From an uncultured bacterium (GTDB lineage: Bacteria > Chloroflexota > UBA5177 > JANWHV01), in the NCBI GenBank assembly GCA_963729625.1, contig CAVSOU010000008.1, positions 768,001 through 832,000 of the forward strand: a stretch of 64,000 nt of DNA, given 5' to 3'. Both the position numbers and the translations under genes were made by a program. The notes beneath the pieces are model-generated. The model was not told where the DNA came from. It saw nothing but the letters and a program-made list of their open reading frames with translations, and did not search any database. Below are positions 59,419-64,000 of the stretch, piece after piece (positions within the stretch are counted from its first letter, which is position 1; each line of letters begins with the position of its first letter).

Positions 59419-60963
59419 TCACGGCCCCGACAATGGTCCACGCGTTGCCACGTTGCTTTCCGTGCGCGTGCTTGACGGTGGGCGCGCGGCCGCGGCTGCC
59501 GTGGGGTCCGCGGCAGGGGCGGTTCGCCGCGCGTTCACGAACTCCTGTACTACGATATGGCAGAATGCCACGATCGGCACGGCGAAGAAGGCTCCGGGAA
59601 GCCCGGCGAGCGGCAGGCCGACCAGTGCCGCCGCCATCGCTTCCAGTGGATGGATGCGGAGATGGTGCGCCTGCAGCCGTGGTCCTACCACATTGGTGAT
59701 GATCTGTTCGCCGACGAGGAGCCAGATCAGGTAGATGATCGGTTTCGGCAGCGGCGTGAAGATGAGCGCGACGGTGAGCGGCGGGATTGGCAGGATGACT
59801 GGCCCGAGAACCGGCACCAGCGAAAGGAGGAAGCTGCTGAAGAAGATCACGATGGCGTACGGGATGCCGAGAATCACGGCGCCGCTGGCGTCGGCAATGC
59901 CTGCGAGCAAGCCGAGGACAATCTGGGTTCGCACGTAGCGACCGAGGATTTGATCCAGGCTGGCGATGGCGCGCGCGGCCTGCGGTCGTGACTCTCGGGG
60001 CGCGAGATACGTGATCCAGCGCACGAATCGACCACCATCCTTCAAGAAGTAGATGGAGATGATGAAGATCAGCACGACATCAAGCAAGAGATTGCCGGCC
60101 TGCAAGCCGACGTTTACCGCGTTGTTGAGGAGGGACGATATCTGGTCGTTGATCGACTTCAGTACCTGGCTGAACTTATCGTGAAGGTCCGCGGAGAAGC
60201 CACGGTTGTCCAGATCCGTCTGCAGGTTGAGCAGCAACAGCGGCGTGGATGCCGCCTTCTGGTAGGTTGCGTTTGCCTGCTGCGCGGCCTGGTCGGCCTG
60301 CGTGAGGAACCGCGCCAGCCAGCTCGAGCTCAGCGTGGACAGGACCGGTTCGTAGGCCGACTGCAGCTGGTGAGCAGAGGTCAGAATGGGATTGGCATAG
60401 CTCGGCGGTATCGCGACCACGCCGTCAAGGGTATTCTGGTTGGTGAGATTCGACGCATCTTGCACGAGCGTACCGAGGGCTGCCTGCGCCTGCTGGACCT
60501 GGCTGATAAGTACTGGGTGGCCCGCCGCGATGCGGTCCTGCACCGCGGTCACGTCGGCGACAATGGCCGCGTAGTCATTCTTGACGGTTAAGAGCCGGAC
60601 GAGGCTGCTCTTGGACGGATTCTCCAGGTTCTTGATCAGATCTTTTGCCTCGGAGACGAACGGAGTAAGCAGCAGAGCACCGAAGCCCAGGGCGCACGCC
60701 AACAACAGAAGGTAGGCGCCAATCACCGCCGCCCATTGTTTGCGCACCACTCGCTGGAGCATGTGGACTGCAGGGGCCATGAGGTAGGCCAGCAGCGCCC
60801 CGATCACGAACAGGTAGAGCACTGATCGGAAACGATCGAACAGCCCGAGAACGTCGCTGAGCAGACCCAGCGATGTCTGCGCGATGAGCAGCACGCCAAG
60901 GACGATGAACACGCGAATGAGCGTGGCAAGGTTCTGCGGCCGATCCGGTTCAAACAGATGCAC
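59419..60963 (-). CDS. AI-2E family transporter with a large insertion
   Basis: LAYLMAP, IYFLKDG, LVPVLGP, VGPRL...IHPL, FFAVP. Confidence 0.85.
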   Translation of the reverse strand: MHLFEPDRPQNLATLIRVFIVLGVLLIAQTSLGLLSDVLGLFDRFRSVLYLFVIGALLAYLMAPAVHMLQRVVRKQWAAVIGAYLLLLACALGFGALLLTPFVSEAKDLIKNLENPSKSSLVRLLTVKNDYAAIVADVTAVQDRIAAGHPVLISQVQQAQAALGTLVQDASNLTNQNTLDGVVAIPPSYANPILTSAHQLQSAYEPVLSTLSSSWLARFLTQADQAAQQANATYQKAASTPLLLLNLQTDLDNRGFSADLHDKFSQVLKSINDQISSLLNNAVNVGLQAGNLLLDVVLIFIISIYFLKDGGRFVRWITYLAPRESRPQAARAIASLDQILGRYVRTQIVLGLLAGIADASGAVILGIPYAIVIFFSSFLLSLVPVLGPVILPIPPLTVALIFTPLPKPIIYLIWLLVGEQIITNVVGPRLQAHHLRIHPLEAMAAALVGLPLAGLPGAFFAVPIVAFCHIVVQEFVNARRTAPAADPTAAAAARPPSSTRTESNVATRGPLSGP

Positions 60964-61159
60964 GGTCCAGACCTCCCGTGGCCGGTGTCACGCGATGCCA
61001 GTCGAATCACGCTCCGAAACAGCACTGCTGCATCTTCGACCTTCATGATATAACGTGAAGGAAGTATCGCTGACGATTTCCCTCAACCAGAACAGAGAAG
61101 CGAGAGGATCACGCCGTGTACTGCTCTGATCTGAGCGCAGGTACGGTGAGGAGGTAAGG

Positions 61160-61666
61160 ATGACAGCTCCGGACGGCAGCGGCCCGGGCCGTGCGCTGGT
61201 CGGCGTGATCATGGGTAGCAAGTCGGACTGGGACACGATGGTGCATGTCACGACAACCCTTTCCGAGCTTGGCGTACCGTACGAAGCGCGAGTGGTGAGC
61301 GCGCATCGCACGCCGGATCTCCTTTTCGCCTACGCAGAGGGCGCCGAGGCCAGAGGAATCGAGGTGATCGTCGCCGGCGCCGGCGGCGCTGCGCACCTGC
61401 CGGGGATGGCCGCGTCGAAGACCGTGCTACCGGTGCTGGGAGTGCCGGTGCAAAGCAAGGCGCTCAATGGACTCGATTCGCTTCTCTCGATCGTGCAAAT
61501 GCCGGCCGGCGTTCCTGTAGGCGCACTGGCGATTGGTCGTTCCGGAGCGGTGAACGCCGCCCTGCTGGCCGCCGCTATGCTCGGAATCCGATACCCCGCG
61601 ATTCGCGAGGCTCTCAGGCAATATCGGCAGGCGCAGACTGAGCGCGTGCTCAGAGAGGCCCTTTAG
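61160..61666 (+). CDS. purE: N5-CAIR mutase
   Basis: [34 protein letters not shown]. Confidence 0.97.
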   Translation: MTAPDGSGPGRALVGVIMGSKSDWDTMVHVTTTLSELGVPYEARVVSAHRTPDLLFAYAEGAEARGIEVIVAGAGGAAHLPGMAASKTVLPVLGVPVQSKALNGLDSLLSIVQMPAGVPVGALAIGRSGAVNAALLAAAMLGIRYPAIREALRQYRQAQTERVLREAL

Positions 61667-61668
61667 GC

Positions 61669-62805
61669 GTGTTCCTGCCGGGCAGCACGATCGGGATTCT
61701 TGGAGGCGGCCAGCTCGGGCGCATGACGGCAGTTGCAGCCCGGCGCATGGGTTACAGGGCCGTCGTGCTCGACCCTACACCGGACTGCCCGGCCTCGCAA
61801 GTGGCCGACGGGCACATCCTTGGTCGCTTCGACGACTTCGATGCGGCAGCCAGATTTGCCAGTGCCTGCGATGTCGTGACTCTGGAGTTCGAGAACCTGT
61901 CGTCGGCGACCGTGAGCTACCTCGAGAAGCGCGTGCCGGTGCGCCCAGGCGCAAGGGTTCTGCACATTGCGCAGAACCGGCTGCTCGAGAAGGGCTTTCT
62001 GCAAGAGGCCGGCGTTCCGGTCGCCCCTTTTGCGGCCGTTTACGACCGCCACACGCTAGCAGCCGCCGTGCTTCAGGTGGGACTGCCGGCTGTGCTGAAG
62101 ACGGCTACGATGGGCTACGACGGCAAGGGACAGACCGTGGTCCGCTCGACAGAAGAAGCCGCTGGAGCCTATGCCTCGCTGGGGGGAACCTGTATCCTCG
62201 AGCGATTCGTGCAGTTTGAGCGCGAGATCAGCGTTGTCGTTGCGCGAGACGTAGACGGTCGCGTGGTTTCCTACGATCCGGCTGAGAATGTCCACGTGGG
62301 GGGCGTTCTCGATACGTCGATGGCGCCCGCGCTGATTCGACCGGAGGTTGCACGCGACGCGCACGCCATCGGCGCGCGCGTCGCCGAGGCTCTCGACCTT
62401 GTCGGAGTGCTGGCCGTGGAGATGTTCGTCTGTGCCGACGGATCGCTCGTCGCGAACGAGCTGGCGCCGCGACCGCATAACTCCGCGCATTGGTCGATCG
62501 AGGCATGTGCGACAAGCCAGTTTGAGCAGCAGGTCCGCGTGACCGCCGGTGCTTCGGTCGCTCCGGCCGACCTGCTGCGGCCCGCGGCCATCGCCAACCT
62601 CCTGGGCGATCTGTGGGCAGACGGCGAGCCGCTGTGGGAGCGGTTGTTTGCTCTGCCTGACGTCAAGCTTCACCTCTACGGGAAGCGCGACGCGAGAGCC
62701 GGCCGAAAAATGGGGCATCTCGCGGTGCTGGCGGCCACTGCGCTGGCCGCCAGGGAACGGGTCCTGACCGCTCGAGCGGCACTTCAGGGCTGGGAGCGGA
62801 CGTAG
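61669..62805 (+). CDS. purK: N5-CAIR synthetase
   Basis: GGGQLGRM, TLEFEN, GYDGKGQ, NELAPRPHNS, HLYGK, GRKMGH. Confidence 0.97.
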   Translation: MFLPGSTIGILGGGQLGRMTAVAARRMGYRAVVLDPTPDCPASQVADGHILGRFDDFDAAARFASACDVVTLEFENLSSATVSYLEKRVPVRPGARVLHIAQNRLLEKGFLQEAGVPVAPFAAVYDRHTLAAAVLQVGLPAVLKTATMGYDGKGQTVVRSTEEAAGAYASLGGTCILERFVQFEREISVVVARDVDGRVVSYDPAENVHVGGVLDTSMAPALIRPEVARDAHAIGARVAEALDLVGVLAVEMFVCADGSLVANELAPRPHNSAHWSIEACATSQFEQQVRVTAGASVAPADLLRPAAIANLLGDLWADGEPLWERLFALPDVKLHLYGKRDARAGRKMGHLAVLAATALAARERVLTARAALQGWERT

Positions 62806-62825
62806 CCCGCTCCCGGAGAAGGCCG

Positions 62826-64000
62826 CTAGAGCTCGAAAGCCCTATCCGCGGCTCCAACAATGGCTCCGGCGATAGCCAGTGATGAGGTGGCTGCCGGAGA
62901 CGGCGCGTTGCGCACGTGAATAATGTTCTTTGAGTTGAGAATCGAGAAGTCGTCCAGCAACGTACCGTCGGCCGTGATGGCCTGTGCACGCACGCCCGAG
63001 GGGCCAAACACGACATCGTCTCCGGTGACCTCCGGAACGTACGCCTGCATGGCCGCGATAAACGCATGCTTGTTATAGTCTCGATACATCTCAGACAGGC
63101 CCATACGCCAGTACTTCCGGGCCATAGCCCTGAACCCGCTGTAGCTGAGCGATTCGAGAAGATCGCGCGGGTTCGCTTCATACCTGCCGTAGCCCTCGCG
63201 CTTGAATGCAAGCACTGCATTCGGACCGGCCCACACCTGACCGTCCATACGAATCGTGAAGTGCACGCCGAGGAAGGGAAAGGCAGGATCGGGTACTGGA
63301 TAGATAAGGGACTTGCAGAGATAGGCCTTGTCCGCCTTCAGCGTATAGTAGTCACCGCGGAACGGTACGATGCGAAGATTGTCCGGCGCTCCCGTCTTCC
63401 GAGCGATGCGATCGGATTGCAGGCCCGCGCACGTGATCAGGTACTTTGCGCTTACCTCACCCACCGGAGTCTCGAGCACGAGCGGGCTGCCCTTGACGAT
63501 GCTGATCACCTCATGGCCTGTGCGGATTTCTCCGCCCGCCTCCTCGACCTTCTTCGCGTATACTTTCGCCACCTGGACGAAATCTATCACGCCGGTCGTG
63601 GGCGAGTGGATAGCCTTGATGCCCGTGGCATGCGGCTCCAGTTCCTTGATGCGCTCCGGACCGATCATCTCGATATCAGGCACTCCGTTTTTCAAGCCTC
63701 GCTCGTACAGGTCGCTGAGCCTGGGAAGTTCATCTACGTTGAGCGCGACGATTACTTTTCCGCAGAGTTTGTAGGAGATACCGTTCGCGTCGCAGAACCG
63801 CATGAGCTCGGCCTTACCTGCCACGCACATCCGCGCCTTGAGCGAGCCGGGCTTGTAGTAGATGCCGGAGTGAAGGACGCCACTGTTGTGGCCGGACTGA
63901 TGGGTGGCGATGCTGTCCTCTTTCTCAAGGACTACAATTCTCGTCCGCGGGTGCCTGGCAAGCAGTTTCATGGCTGTCGCGAGCCCCACGATGCCCCCCC
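62826..64000 (-). CDS. lhgO: L-2-hydroxyglutarate oxidase (5' end outside the window)
   Basis: GGIVGLAT at the window edge, HQSGHNSGVLHSGIYY.PGSLKA, FPFLGVH, GPNA, GVRAQ, NAPSPAATSSL. Confidence 0.92.
   Translation of the reverse strand, partial: GGIVGLATAMKLLARHPRTRIVVLEKEDSIATHQSGHNSGVLHSGIYYKPGSLKARMCVAGKAELMRFCDANGISYKLCGKVIVALNVDELPRLSDLYERGLKNGVPDIEMIGPERIKELEPHATGIKAIHSPTTGVIDFVQVAKVYAKKVEEAGGEIRTGHEVISIVKGSPLVLETPVGEVSAKYLITCAGLQSDRIARKTGAPDNLRIVPFRGDYYTLKADKAYLCKSLIYPVPDPAFPFLGVHFTIRMDGQVWAGPNAVLAFKREGYGRYEANPRDLLESLSYSGFRAMARKYWRMGLSEMYRDYNKHAFIAAMQAYVPEVTGDDVVFGPSGVRAQAITADGTLLDDFSILNSKNIIHVRNAPSPAATSSLAIAGAIVGAADRAFEL

Noticed and set aside
61045-61159. Purine/PRPP/ZTP riboswitch before purE
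   Set aside because: The leader has a possible hairpin but no aptamer consensus.

Overview
GC-rich bacterial chromosomal window. Gene content and Gram-positive-type regulatory motifs suggest a monoderm soil organism, most likely Chloroflexota (inference). Most of it is housekeeping or metabolic: PLD/PAP2, thrC, a ppx-CHAD-phosphoesterase cluster, a K+ channel, proC, proA-like, sufU, maf, tnaA, a sugar ABC/GH4 operon, a shortened dcw cluster (mraZ-rsmH-ftsL-ftsI-murF-mraY), a peptide-binding protein, an ABC exporter, polyprenyl synthase, purEK and lhgO. A decayed accessory tract at about 19-24 kb holds a repeat-peptide pseudogene, an XRE/STAND-ATPase/TPR pseudogene, an IS5 remnant and a DUF6036 pair remnant. 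No rRNA, tRNA or CRISPR array was seen. The best leads are: (i) a LexA-type box inside the promoter of an unannotated 58-aa single-TM protein, a candidate SOS division inhibitor or toxin; (ii) a small repeat-peptide gene divergent from a TPR-STAND regulator, both decayed; (iii) an mraZ promoter with a DnaA box interleaved with MraZ-type repeats plus an inverted second array about 300 bp upstream; (iv) a secreted clan-A-like glycosidase apparently lacking its nucleophile. All family calls come from motif reading by eye, not database searches.
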